15,283 nt of DNA from Candidatus Latescibacterota bacterium (GCA_038279365.1 JAYODI010000018.1:1-15283), one strand, 5' to 3'. Positions 6,222 through 15,217 are shown, counted from the stretch's first letter. Made by a program: numbers and translations. Notes: generated by a model from the sequence alone, not told the origin.

Positions 6222-8357
6222 TCAATCAGAAGCACGCACACGTGCCAAGCGCAATGCGTTTCCAGTCACCCCAAGCGTCGTCCCCATGTCGCCCACCAAA
6301 ACAGCAACGACCAAAGAAACAACACCAGGAACAATACCTACAGCCAAAAGCAATTTTACCAAAATGGCAAACCCAATATTTTGCCGAATAACATGTCGGG
6401 CTTGATGAGACAAGTCAAACAAATATGGCAACTTAGACAAATCATCGGCCATCAATGCCACATCGGCTGTTTCCAACGCCGTATCTGTACCGGCCACACC
6501 CATCGCAATACCAACCGTCGCAAAAGCCAATGCAGGCGCATCATTTACCCCATCACCCACCATCGCCACAGCACCATGTTGCCCCAACAAATCTTTTAAT
6601 GCCGTCAATTTTTCTTCGGGCAACAACTCAGCTTGCCAAGATCCCACCCCCACACGTTCGGCAATTGCTTGAGCCGTTTTGGGGTTATCGCCCGTCAACA
6701 TCACCGTCTTCATGCCACGCTGATGCAATGCACGAACAATGGCTTGCGCTTCTGGTCGCACTGTATCGGCAACAGCAATCACACCCAAGATCTCGGCCTG
6801 AGTGCCCACCAAAACCGCCGTTTTACCCGCCTTTTGAAAATCATCAACCCACGCTTTGCCATCAGCAGAAAACAAACTGGGTGACCCAACTTGATACATC
6901 ACCCCATCTACTCGGCCACACACACCCTTGCCTGTTATAGACCTAAAATCTGTCACACCAACATCGGCATCTGTCGGCGAAAAGGCACAAATTGCGTGTG
7001 CAACAGGGTGTCCAGATCGCATTTCCAAAGCCGAGGCAATACGCAACACATCGGCTTCGGCCCACCCCTGCACAGCCACCACATCGGTCACAACGGGTTT
7101 ACCATAAGTGAGTGTGCCCGTTTTGTCAAATGCAACAACACGCACGCCCCCTGCGGCTTCGAGATAATTGCCCCCTTTAATCAACACACCCTGCCTTGCT
7201 GCACTGGTAATACCACTCACCACCGCAATAGGCGTCGAAATCACCAATGCACACGGGCACGCAATAACAAGCAAGGTCAACCCCCTGACAAACCACAAGG
7301 AAAATTCACCTCCCAATAACAATGATGGGATCAAAATGACGCCCAAAGCCAACACAGTCACTGCAGGTGTGTAATACCGCGAAAAGGTTTGCACAAATTG
7401 CTCACTCGGGGCACGGTGTTCCTCTGCCTCCTCCACCATTTGAATAATGCGCTGAAACGTACTCTCCGATGCCACACGTGTCGCCCGCACCTCCAAATAC
7501 CCTTCCAGATTAATCGTACCAGCAAAAACGTCGTTGCCCACACCTTTATTGACAGGCATCGACTCACCCGTAATGGGTGACTGGTCCACTGTCGATACCC
7601 CATCCACCACCTCACCATCAACAGGCACCTTTTCACCGGGCCGCACAATCACAATCTGATCACAAATAACCTCTTCAACAGAAACAATACGTTCCCCCAC
7701 CTCCGTCTTCAATGTGGCCACATCAGGTGCCAAATCCATCAAATTTTTCAACGACCGCCGCGCACGATCAATGGCATAATCTTCGAGCAACTCAGCAGTT
7801 GAAAACAAAAAGGCAATCGCCGCCGCCTCCATATATTCACCAATGACCACAGCACCAATAATGGCAATCGTCATCAAAAAATCAATATCCAGCGAAAACG
7901 ATCTTAAAGACCGAAAACCCGCCGCAAAAAAATTACTGCCTCCTAAAATGGCCGCCAACACATAGAACACCTGATACCACTCAAAATGTCCCGTCCAAAC
8001 CGGCTGGGCCTCAACCTGCCCAACAGTCCAAGACAAACCAAGACCCAAAAAGAAAAACAACCCAGCAAACAACGTACACACTTTCTCACGGTTGTACCAA
8101 AACGAGACGTGCTCAGCACCCTCTACATCGGGTGAATACCCTGCATCTCGAATTGCTTTGTTGATCTCTCCAATACCAATCTTTTCAGAAACATAATGTA
8201 CAGTCACTTTTTGACTCATCACATGGGTCGTCACCTCTTCAACACCAGAAAGTCGACGCACCGCCTTTTCAATCGTATCTGCACATCCTGCACATTCCAT
8301 GTCGGGCACTTTAAGTTGATAAAAAGCTTGTTCTTTTATTTGAGCCATTTGTCCCAT
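6222..8357 (-). CDS. zntA: Heavy-metal P1B-2 type ATPase (Zn/Cd/Pb export, ZntA/CadA-like)
   Basis: N-terminal HMA domain DMECAGC, TGES, CPC, DKTGTLT, HP (SGHP), TGDN, GDGVNDAP. The TM7 Lys (ILVKLL) and TM8 Asp-Gly (GDMG) are typical of P1B-2. The start could also be 8348. Confidence 0.93.
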   Translation of the reverse strand: MGQMAQIKEQAFYQLKVPDMECAGCADTIEKAVRRLSGVEEVTTHVMSQKVTVHYVSEKIGIGEINKAIRDAGYSPDVEGAEHVSFWYNREKVCTLFAGLFFFLGLGLSWTVGQVEAQPVWTGHFEWYQVFYVLAAILGGSNFFAAGFRSLRSFSLDIDFLMTIAIIGAVVIGEYMEAAAIAFLFSTAELLEDYAIDRARRSLKNLMDLAPDVATLKTEVGERIVSVEEVICDQIVIVRPGEKVPVDGEVVDGVSTVDQSPITGESMPVNKGVGNDVFAGTINLEGYLEVRATRVASESTFQRIIQMVEEAEEHRAPSEQFVQTFSRYYTPAVTVLALGVILIPSLLLGGEFSLWFVRGLTLLVIACPCALVISTPIAVVSGITSAARQGVLIKGGNYLEAAGGVRVVAFDKTGTLTYGKPVVTDVVAVQGWAEADVLRIASALEMRSGHPVAHAICAFSPTDADVGVTDFRSITGKGVCGRVDGVMYQVGSPSLFSADGKAWVDDFQKAGKTAVLVGTQAEILGVIAVADTVRPEAQAIVRALHQRGMKTVMLTGDNPKTAQAIAERVGVGSWQAELLPEEKLTALKDLLGQHGAVAMVGDGVNDAPALAFATVGIAMGVAGTDTALETADVALMADDLSKLPYLFDLSHQARHVIRQNIGFAILVKLLLAVGIVPGVVSLVVAVLVGDMGTTLGVTGNALRLARVRASD

Positions 8358-8419
8358 ACCTGTGTGATTGAATACCCCAATCCATCGTTGTCATATCGCG
8401 CAAATGATCGCCAGTTTGA

Positions 8420-11400
8420 TTAAGCAGCTTGTGTCACATCAACTTTCCGTTCGGGTTCTACGGCAAACCATTTATAAAGAGCAGGAATCACCAACAAAGT
8501 CAAAATCGTTGACGTAACCAAACCACCGACAACAACCGTGGCCAACGGGCGTTGTACTTCACTACCCGTACCACTGGAAAACAACAACGGCAATAACCCC
8601 AAAGAAGTTGTCACGGCCGTCATCAACACCGCACGCAACCGCAAACATGCCCCATCAACAGACGCATCATCTACATCCATACCATCACGCAACAGTTGAT
8701 TGAGGTATGTAATAAGCACCATACCATTTTCAAGCGCAATACCAAATAACGCAATAAACCCCACAGAAGCAGGCACCGACAAGTTTTGCCCCGTTAGCCA
8801 CAAACCCACAACCCCACCCACCAATGCCAACGGAATATTGAACAAAATAAGCACCGTATTTTTTAACGAATTAAAACTGCTAAACAACAGCAAAAACACC
8901 ACAAACAACGTCACGGGAATCACCACCACCAACCGTTTATTCGCCTCTTGCTGCAACTCAAACTGCCCCCCCCACGTCACCAAATAACCCGGTGGTAAAT
9001 CCACATTTTGTGCAATAGCCGCTTGTGCATCGGCCACAAAAGAACCCATATCACGCCCACGCACATTGCATTGCACAGTAATAAACCGCTGATTGTTCTG
9101 GCGTGTAATTTGGCGAGGCCCCACAATCTCCTCCACAAGTGCCAACTCACCCAAAGACACCTTCACACCCGTTGGTGAAGACACCAAAATATTGGCAATC
9201 ACTTCAGGTGATGATCGTGCCGATTGTGCATACCGCACCAAAATATCGAACCGCGCCACCCCTTCAAAAATTTGCCCAGCCGTTTCACCACCCACCGCTG
9301 TGCGAATCACATCTTGCACATCGGCCACATTCATGCCATACCGTCCTATGGCTTCTCGGTTGATTGTAATGCGCAATTGAGGTGTGCCTGTCACTTGGTC
9401 TTTTTGCACATCTGCAGAACCTTTAACAGAACGAATCACACCCTCAATCTCACCCGCCTTTTGTTCCAATATAGCCATGTCGGCACCAAAAAGCTTAATC
9501 GCAAGTTCGGCCTTTGTGCCCGTTAACAGTTCATCCACAGCCGCTGCAATCGGTTGTGTAAAATTAAATCTCGCGCCAGGAAAGTTTTCAAATGCCTCCC
9601 CCATAATCGCATACAATGCTTCTGGGTTATCGGCTGTTGTCCATTCATCTTGTGGTTTGAGGGCCACAAAAGATTCGGCATTGTTCACAGGATCGGCATG
9701 CGCACCCACCTCACCACGCCCCACCCGGCTCACCACACGTTCCACCTCAGGAAACTGCATCATGCGCTTTTCAAAAATGGTCACCATATCCCGTGCTTCA
9801 TCCAACGAAATAGACGGTGCCATTGTCACACGTACCAACAAATCACCTTCATTCAATTGCGGCACAAACTCAGACCCCAGAAACGGAAAAATCACCAAGC
9901 CCACAACAAGCATCCCCACCGCCAAAATAACTGCCCATTTTCGGTTTTGCACAAACCGAGTCACCAATGGACGATACATCACCATCAATGCATTGAGAAG
10001 GCGATTTTCTTTTTCATCGCGCGTCTTGGGCCGTCGCATCAACAAATTGGAAATCACGGGTGCCATCACAATGGCAAAAATTAAGGATCCCACCATTGCC
10101 AACGCCACCGTATAGGCCAACGGACGAAACGTTTTGCCCTCCACGCCATGCAGGGTAAACAACGGCAAAAACACAATCACAATAATAGAAATGGCAAAAA
10201 CAATCGGTCGCCCCACCTCAACACATGCCCGACTGATTACCTGCAAACGCGATTCATCAGCAGGTGCTTCACGCAACATACGATCTACGTTTTCTACCAT
10301 CACAATCGTACCATCCACCATCATTCCAATGGCAATGGCCACCCCACCCAACGACATCAAATTGGCCGAAATATCAAAGGCATACATCAAAATAAATGCA
10401 AAAAATATCGAAAACGGAATCGACAAGGCCACCACCACACTGGGCCGAAACCCACCCATAAACACAAGCAGTACCAACGCAACCAATACCACACCTTGCA
10501 ACAACGCATGTGTAACGGTCTCTACACATTTTGCGACCAACGTGGCTTGGTCATAATAAGGCACCATCTTAATACCCGGTGGCAACAAAGTATTAATCCG
10601 TTCAATCTGATTTTTCACATCTCCAATCACCTGCGAAGTATTTGTCCCAATCAACTTCAAAATCATCCCCACAACCGCCTCGCCCTCGCCATTCATCGTG
10701 GCAAGCCCTTGGCGCACTTCGCCACCCACCTCAATATCGGCCACCTGCTCCAAATAAAGGGGGCGCCCATCTACAGCCTTGAGCACAATGCGATTCAAGT
10801 CCTCTATTTTTTCGGCCAACCCCACAGAACGCACCACATATTGCTCGGCATTTTTCACAATAAACTGCGCGCCCACATTGGCATTGTTGGCCTTAACCGA
10901 TTCAACAATTTCATGCAACGACAAATCGTATTGCAACAAAGCATCTGGGCGCACCAAAATGTGAAACTGCTTCACTTGCCCACCCAAAGAAAGCACCTCC
11001 GTCACCCCAGGCACCGTCTGCAAATTAAACTTAATGAGCCAATCTTGAATCTGGCGCATCTCTTCACCACTTCGAGCTCCCGACTCATCTTCCACCACAT
11101 AAAACAAGATCTGCCCCAAGCCCGTTGCAATTGGCCCCATATCGGGTTCGCCAAAACCCTCGGGAATTTGACCACGTGCCAGTTGCAACCGTTCATTGAC
11201 CAACTGTCGGGCAAAATAAATATCGGTGCCTTCTTCAAAATAAATATTGATCACCGACAACCCAAAATTTGAAATCGAACGCACCTCTTTCAAATTGGGC
11301 AAACCATTCATTGCCACTTCCACAGGATACGTCACATACTTTTCAACTTCTTCAGGGGCCAAACCTTCCGTTTCAGTAAACACCTGCACCAACGCCGGTG

Positions 11401-11524
11401 TGACATCGGGAAAAGCATCCACTGGCAACTTGAGATAACTCACATAACCTGCCACCAAAACCAACCCCATAAAAACCATCATCAAGAGACGGCTTTTAAG
11501 CACAAATTGAATCAAACCTTGCAT
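8420..11524 (-). CDS. czcA: CusA/CzcA family heavy-metal RND efflux permease
   Basis: LPVDAFPDVT, EVEKYVTYPVEVAMNGLP, ANLMSLGG..IAIGMMVDGTIVMVEN, EGKTFRPLA, GSEVQRPLATVVVGGL; RBS AGGAGG. Confidence 0.95.
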   Translation of the reverse strand: MQGLIQFVLKSRLLMMVFMGLVLVAGYVSYLKLPVDAFPDVTPALVQVFTETEGLAPEEVEKYVTYPVEVAMNGLPNLKEVRSISNFGLSVINIYFEEGTDIYFARQLVNERLQLARGQIPEGFGEPDMGPIATGLGQILFYVVEDESGARSGEEMRQIQDWLIKFNLQTVPGVTEVLSLGGQVKQFHILVRPDALLQYDLSLHEIVESVKANNANVGAQFIVKNAEQYVVRSVGLAEKIEDLNRIVLKAVDGRPLYLEQVADIEVGGEVRQGLATMNGEGEAVVGMILKLIGTNTSQVIGDVKNQIERINTLLPPGIKMVPYYDQATLVAKCVETVTHALLQGVVLVALVLLVFMGGFRPSVVVALSIPFSIFFAFILMYAFDISANLMSLGGVAIAIGMMVDGTIVMVENVDRMLREAPADESRLQVISRACVEVGRPIVFAISIIVIVFLPLFTLHGVEGKTFRPLAYTVALAMVGSLIFAIVMAPVISNLLMRRPKTRDEKENRLLNALMVMYRPLVTRFVQNRKWAVILAVGMLVVGLVIFPFLGSEFVPQLNEGDLLVRVTMAPSISLDEARDMVTIFEKRMMQFPEVERVVSRVGRGEVGAHADPVNNAESFVALKPQDEWTTADNPEALYAIMGEAFENFPGARFNFTQPIAAAVDELLTGTKAELAIKLFGADMAILEQKAGEIEGVIRSVKGSADVQKDQVTGTPQLRITINREAIGRYGMNVADVQDVIRTAVGGETAGQIFEGVARFDILVRYAQSARSSPEVIANILVSSPTGVKVSLGELALVEEIVGPRQITRQNNQRFITVQCNVRGRDMGSFVADAQAAIAQNVDLPPGYLVTWGGQFELQQEANKRLVVVIPVTLFVVFLLLFSSFNSLKNTVLILFNIPLALVGGVVGLWLTGQNLSVPASVGFIALFGIALENGMVLITYLNQLLRDGMDVDDASVDGACLRLRAVLMTAVTTSLGLLPLLFSSGTGSEVQRPLATVVVGGLVTSTILTLLVIPALYKWFAVEPERKVDVTQAA

Positions 11525-11536
11525 TGCTCGCCTCCT

Positions 11537-12769
11537 TTAATGGTTGTGTCCATCGCCAAAAGCACCTTTTTCAAGCTGTGCTTTGAGTGTAAATGCACCT
11601 TGTGTCACATACCGCATCCCAGGTTCTAACCCCTTCACGATCTCTGCTTGGGTAATATTTGTCTCACCAACAACAACAGGCAAAGGTTCAAACCCTTCAT
11701 CGGTTTGAACAAAAACACACAGCCTCTTTTCCACCATTTGCAAAGCCGTTTTGGGCACCAGCAAAGCAACATGTTTGCGATCCACTTCAACAGCCCCCGT
11801 CACAAACAAACCCGGTCGCCAATGACCACTCACATTTGACAAAACAACACGCGCCGTTGCCGTGCGTGTGGCCTCATCAATCATAGGGCTAATGTATGAC
11901 ACCTGCCCGGTAACCACCTCGCCCCCTTCTTTGGCGGAAATATGCACAGGATCACCCATTTTTAAATGTGATAAATCTTTCTGATAAACAGCCAACGCCA
12001 CCCAAACCGTACTCAAATCGGCAATCGAAAAAATAGCCGCATCATCTTTTATATTTTCGCCCAATGTAATATGCTTGGCGACCACCACCCCATCAAAGGG
12101 GGCAACCACCTCATAACGCGTGTAAGACATATCAGGCTGATCAGGCAAGGTTTTGAGATACGCATCTGAAAAACCCAACGCATGCAATTTGTGTTCTGCC
12201 GATTGTGACGCAATACGTACTTCGGCCAACATTTGTTTGCTCGACAAATATTCCCGTTCCGATGAAATCCCATCCTGCCAAAGCCGATCTTCTCTACGAA
12301 ACGTAACATCTGCCAAAGAAAACCGTTCACGTGCCGCCAAAAACTCAGACTTCAAATCAGACAACTCTCGGCTGTCTAACACAGCCAAAACATCACCCGA
12401 GTGAACCTGATCACCTAAGCGCTTATTTACCTTTTGCACCACACCCGAAACGCGAGGAACAATATGAGCAAACCGATCTGGGTTCACCTGCACCTCACCA
12501 GGCAAAGAGACCTGTACTTCCAAATGACCAGATTGGGCGATCTCCGTCTCAATACCAAACATTTTTAATTCCGCATCACTTAGCCGCACAACATCTTCGT
12601 GTGCATCCTCACCATGATCTTCATGGCCTTCTTTATCGTGCTCATCATGAGATGTCGCTTCTGTTTTTTCATGTGCGTGTGTGTGTTCATCTTCAGCATA
12701 TATAGGTATATTCCAATGGGCCACACACAGGCCCATCAAGATCATCATAAATAAAAATCCGTTTTTCAC
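11537..12769 (-). CDS. czcB: CzcB-like RND periplasmic adaptor (membrane fusion protein) with a His/Glu-rich N-terminus
   Basis: N-terminal hydrophobic segment, EDEHTHAHEK...HEDHGEDAHED, HIVPRVSGVV, APFDGVV, IADLSTVWV, WRPGLFV, C-terminal GHNH. The GTG start overlaps the czcC TGA (GTGA). Confidence 0.92.
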   Translation of the reverse strand: MKNGFLFMMILMGLCVAHWNIPIYAEDEHTHAHEKTEATSHDEHDKEGHEDHGEDAHEDVVRLSDAELKMFGIETEIAQSGHLEVQVSLPGEVQVNPDRFAHIVPRVSGVVQKVNKRLGDQVHSGDVLAVLDSRELSDLKSEFLAARERFSLADVTFRREDRLWQDGISSEREYLSSKQMLAEVRIASQSAEHKLHALGFSDAYLKTLPDQPDMSYTRYEVVAPFDGVVVAKHITLGENIKDDAAIFSIADLSTVWVALAVYQKDLSHLKMGDPVHISAKEGGEVVTGQVSYISPMIDEATRTATARVVLSNVSGHWRPGLFVTGAVEVDRKHVALLVPKTALQMVEKRLCVFVQTDEGFEPLPVVVGETNITQAEIVKGLEPGMRYVTQGAFTLKAQLEKGAFGDGHNH

Positions 12770-14037
12770 TGTTCATTCTCCTGTGATTCCAATAAGGTCC
12801 CCGTCGCATGGGCAAGCTGTGCTTTTGCCGCACGGTATTCATAGAGGGCTTCCACATATTCCGTTTGTGTATCAACCCATTCTCGTTGTGCCTCAAGCAA
12901 ATCCAAATAACGCGCTTTCCCTTCATCATAACTTTGACGGGCCATTTCCAAAGCGGCCTTCGATGTGGGTAAAATGCGTGCTTGCATCCATTTGACACGC
13001 TCAGACACCGCTTTAAGATTTGCAATGGCCGTATCAACCTCTTGAGCAATTTTCTGTTTTAAATGATCACGCTCAGCACCCACCTGTAACACGTTTGCAC
13101 GGGCCTCGTCTATTTGGCCCCGCTGTTTGCTAAAGGCCCAAATGGGCAACTCTATAGCAATGCCCGTACGCCAAAACTTTTGCACACCCGTTGGTGCAAC
13201 AGCCGTTTGACGAAAAATGCCAACCGACACATCGGGCAATGTAGAAACGACAGCCAAAGACTTTGCCTTTTGAGCACCCAAATAAGCTTTTTGAGCACCC
13301 AACCATTCAGTACGCTTAAACCACGCCTGATGACGCAAGCCATCATCATCTAAATGTTCAGGCACATAGACCAGTTCATCCGCCAATACCAACAACGTAT
13401 CACCTGGACGGTTCAACAATGCATTTAAAGACACCCGCGACACCTTCAAATTATTTTGCATCATCAGGTGCTGGTTTTTTTGACGCAACAAAGCCACCTC
13501 AGACCGCATCACATCCAACTTGGGTACATCTCCTGCGGCAAAACGCATTTTTGCACGGTTAAACAAACGTTCGGCCAATGCCACATTTTCTTCGGAATAA
13601 CGCACAATTTGTGCATCGGCAAGCACGCGATCATAAGCCAAGTGTACACGCAAAGCCACATCTGCGCGTGTGGTCTCATAAACCCCCAACCGCACTGACT
13701 GAACCTGAAGCCCACTCATTTGACCTCGCAACCACCAACCCGCAGGAAACGGAACGTGCTGAACAATACCCACATCTTTTTGCTCAAACGATCCAAATTG
13801 AAACGCGCCAGACATCCCCTCATATTCCAACGCAAACTCAGGGTCTGGTGGCGACCAAGCTTGGAGCGAACGCGCATGTTCCGCCTTCCACACCTGATAA
13901 GCCACAATCACTTCGGGGTTGTGCAACAGTGCCATTTGAACCGCACCGTCTCGTGTAATAGATTCGGCAAAAACACTGCGTGAAAGCCCCATAAAAACGA
14001 GAGCACTCCACACCATGATAGTGAGATATGAAAACAT
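12766..14037 (-). CDS. czcC: TolC/CzcC family outer-membrane efflux protein
   Basis: Signal peptide, ALLHNPEV, RFAAGDVPKLDVMRSEV, SYDEGKARYLDLLEAQR; first of the RND C-B-A genes; RBS GGAGG at 14046-14042. Confidence 0.9.
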   Translation of the reverse strand: MFSYLTIMVWSALVFMGLSRSVFAESITRDGAVQMALLHNPEVIVAYQVWKAEHARSLQAWSPPDPEFALEYEGMSGAFQFGSFEQKDVGIVQHVPFPAGWWLRGQMSGLQVQSVRLGVYETTRADVALRVHLAYDRVLADAQIVRYSEENVALAERLFNRAKMRFAAGDVPKLDVMRSEVALLRQKNQHLMMQNNLKVSRVSLNALLNRPGDTLLVLADELVYVPEHLDDDGLRHQAWFKRTEWLGAQKAYLGAQKAKSLAVVSTLPDVSVGIFRQTAVAPTGVQKFWRTGIAIELPIWAFSKQRGQIDEARANVLQVGAERDHLKQKIAQEVDTAIANLKAVSERVKWMQARILPTSKAALEMARQSYDEGKARYLDLLEAQREWVDTQTEYVEALYEYRAAKAQLAHATGTLLESQENEQ

Positions 14038-14120
14038 AAATCCTCCAATAGCGTAAATAAATCAATGCCCCATTGACTATGGAACCGTCGATGGGGTATA
14101 AACGCAATATAGGAGGATCT
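14038..14120 (-). promoter_or_regulatory. Long intergenic hairpin sequestering the czcC Shine-Dalgarno
   Basis: On the mRNA, AGAUCCUCC (14120-14112) pairs with GGAGGAUUU (14046-14038), then AUA/UAU, GCGU/ACGC, CCCCAU/AUGGGG and GAC/GUC. The structure spans the whole spacer from the leader stop to the czcC AUG. Confidence 0.75.
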
Positions 14121-14522
14121 TTAGATTTGAAGCACTGTTGTAGGAACTGAGATATGGAGGTGTTTCAACGATAAAACAGGAGGAATTTGTAGCGGATAAG
14201 AAACAGGTAATACAGGAGATATATCAACAACGAGGACATCTTCTAATAAAAGAGAACCATCTTGGCGGGAGATATTGGGTTGATCAAGGCTCGGCAACAA
14301 ATCCAAACATGCGCCACAATGATCAACAGTTAAACAACTTTGATCCAATACATCGCTCAAATGAACTTCGTTATAACAAAGCCCATCTACGCCCGTATTC
14401 TCAAACGCAACATGGCCATCGCCCCCCAAACAAAGCACAGCCTGCCCAAAAGTTGCCTGTGCAAAAGGCATATAGACCAAAAGCCACACAATGAGGCTCA
14501 TATGTTGAATACGATTTTTCAT
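14121..14522 (-). CDS. Small Cys/His-containing leader protein upstream of czcCBA (CzcI/DUF2946-like architecture), 133 aa
   Basis: Signal/TM segment ending AQA, then VLCLGGDGHVAFE and DHCGAC (5 Cys in total), a Pro-rich distal part and a hydrophobic TTVLQI end. First ORF of the operon. Confidence 0.75.
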   Translation of the reverse strand: MKNRIQHMSLIVWLLVYMPFAQATFGQAVLCLGGDGHVAFENTGVDGLCYNEVHLSDVLDQSCLTVDHCGACLDLLPSLDQPNISRQDGSLLLEDVLVVDISPVLPVSYPLQIPPVLSLKHLHISVPTTVLQI

Positions 14523-14559
14523 AATATCCAGTGATCAGGTTTTAATAGATGGCAGTGCA

Positions 14560-14587
14560 ATAATACAAGATTTTTGTAACTCGGCAA
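14560..14587 (-). promoter_or_regulatory. Candidate sigma70 promoter of the efflux operon
   Basis: Minus strand TTGCCG (14587-14582), 16-nt spacer, TATTAT (14565-14560), about 38 nt upstream of the leader ATG. Confidence 0.45.
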
Positions 14588-14595
14588 GAATATTT

Positions 14596-14622
14596 TGCAC
14601 CTTTTTCATATTTCTTCGTCTA
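14596..14622 (+). promoter_or_regulatory. Candidate ECF-type (autoregulatory) promoter of the sigma gene
   Basis: TGCACC-TTTTT (14596-14606) and CGTCTA (14617-14622); a CGTC -10 and a T-tract after the -35 are typical of ECF promoters. Confidence 0.5.
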
Positions 14623-14665
14623 TATTTAGTAGAGACAGTACCCATCAATAGAAATGGACAAAACC

Positions 14666-15217
14666 ATGAACCCCATCGAAACCTTATGGCGCAACACATC
14701 CGATCAGCTCCTTGCATTTATTCGAAGTCGCATCAGTGACCCCATCCAAGCCGAAGATATTTTACAAGATATCTTTCTCAAAATGTATGAACGTGTCCAT
14801 ACCCTGCGCGACAACCAAAAACTCGAATCGTGGATGTATCAAATTGCACGCAATGCCATCATAGATCACTATCGCACGCATAAACCTCTCGAAACACTCA
14901 TAGAAGAAATACCCAATCCCACGTCAAACGACCAACAAACACGGCAAGAAATGGCCAGTTGGCTTTTACCCATCATCACCATTTTGCCAGATACCTATCG
15001 AGAACCCATTCGCCTCTCCGAAATAGAAGGCTGGTCGCATCAAAAAATTGCCGATCACTTAGACCTCTCATTATCGGCCACCAAATCGCGGGTGCGCCGT
15101 GGAAAACGGCTCATCAAAGACGCCCTCACCGACTGTTGCCAATTTGAAATTGATCAACGAGGCCGCGTTGTCGATTACGAACGCCGAGCAGATACACGTT
15201 CGTTTTGTAACTGTTAA
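14666..15217 (+). CDS. sigZ: ECF RNA polymerase sigma factor, SigZ-like, with a Cys-rich C-terminal extension
   Basis: Region 2: AEDILQDIFLK and SWMYQIARNAIIDHYR. Region 4: LPDTYREPIRLSEIEGWSHQKIADHLDLSLSATKSRVRRGK. Tail CCQFEIDQRG...FCNC. Start is 14666 (GGA upstream) or 14654. Confidence 0.9.
   Translation: MNPIETLWRNTSDQLLAFIRSRISDPIQAEDILQDIFLKMYERVHTLRDNQKLESWMYQIARNAIIDHYRTHKPLETLIEEIPNPTSNDQQTRQEMASWLLPIITILPDTYREPIRLSEIEGWSHQKIADHLDLSLSATKSRVRRGKRLIKDALTDCCQFEIDQRGRVVDYERRADTRSFCNC

Noticed and set aside
8700-11438. Long plus-strand ORFs antisense to czcA (e.g. 10148..11272, 9384..10115)
   Set aside because: Antisense shadows of a conserved gene, with no motifs or RBS.
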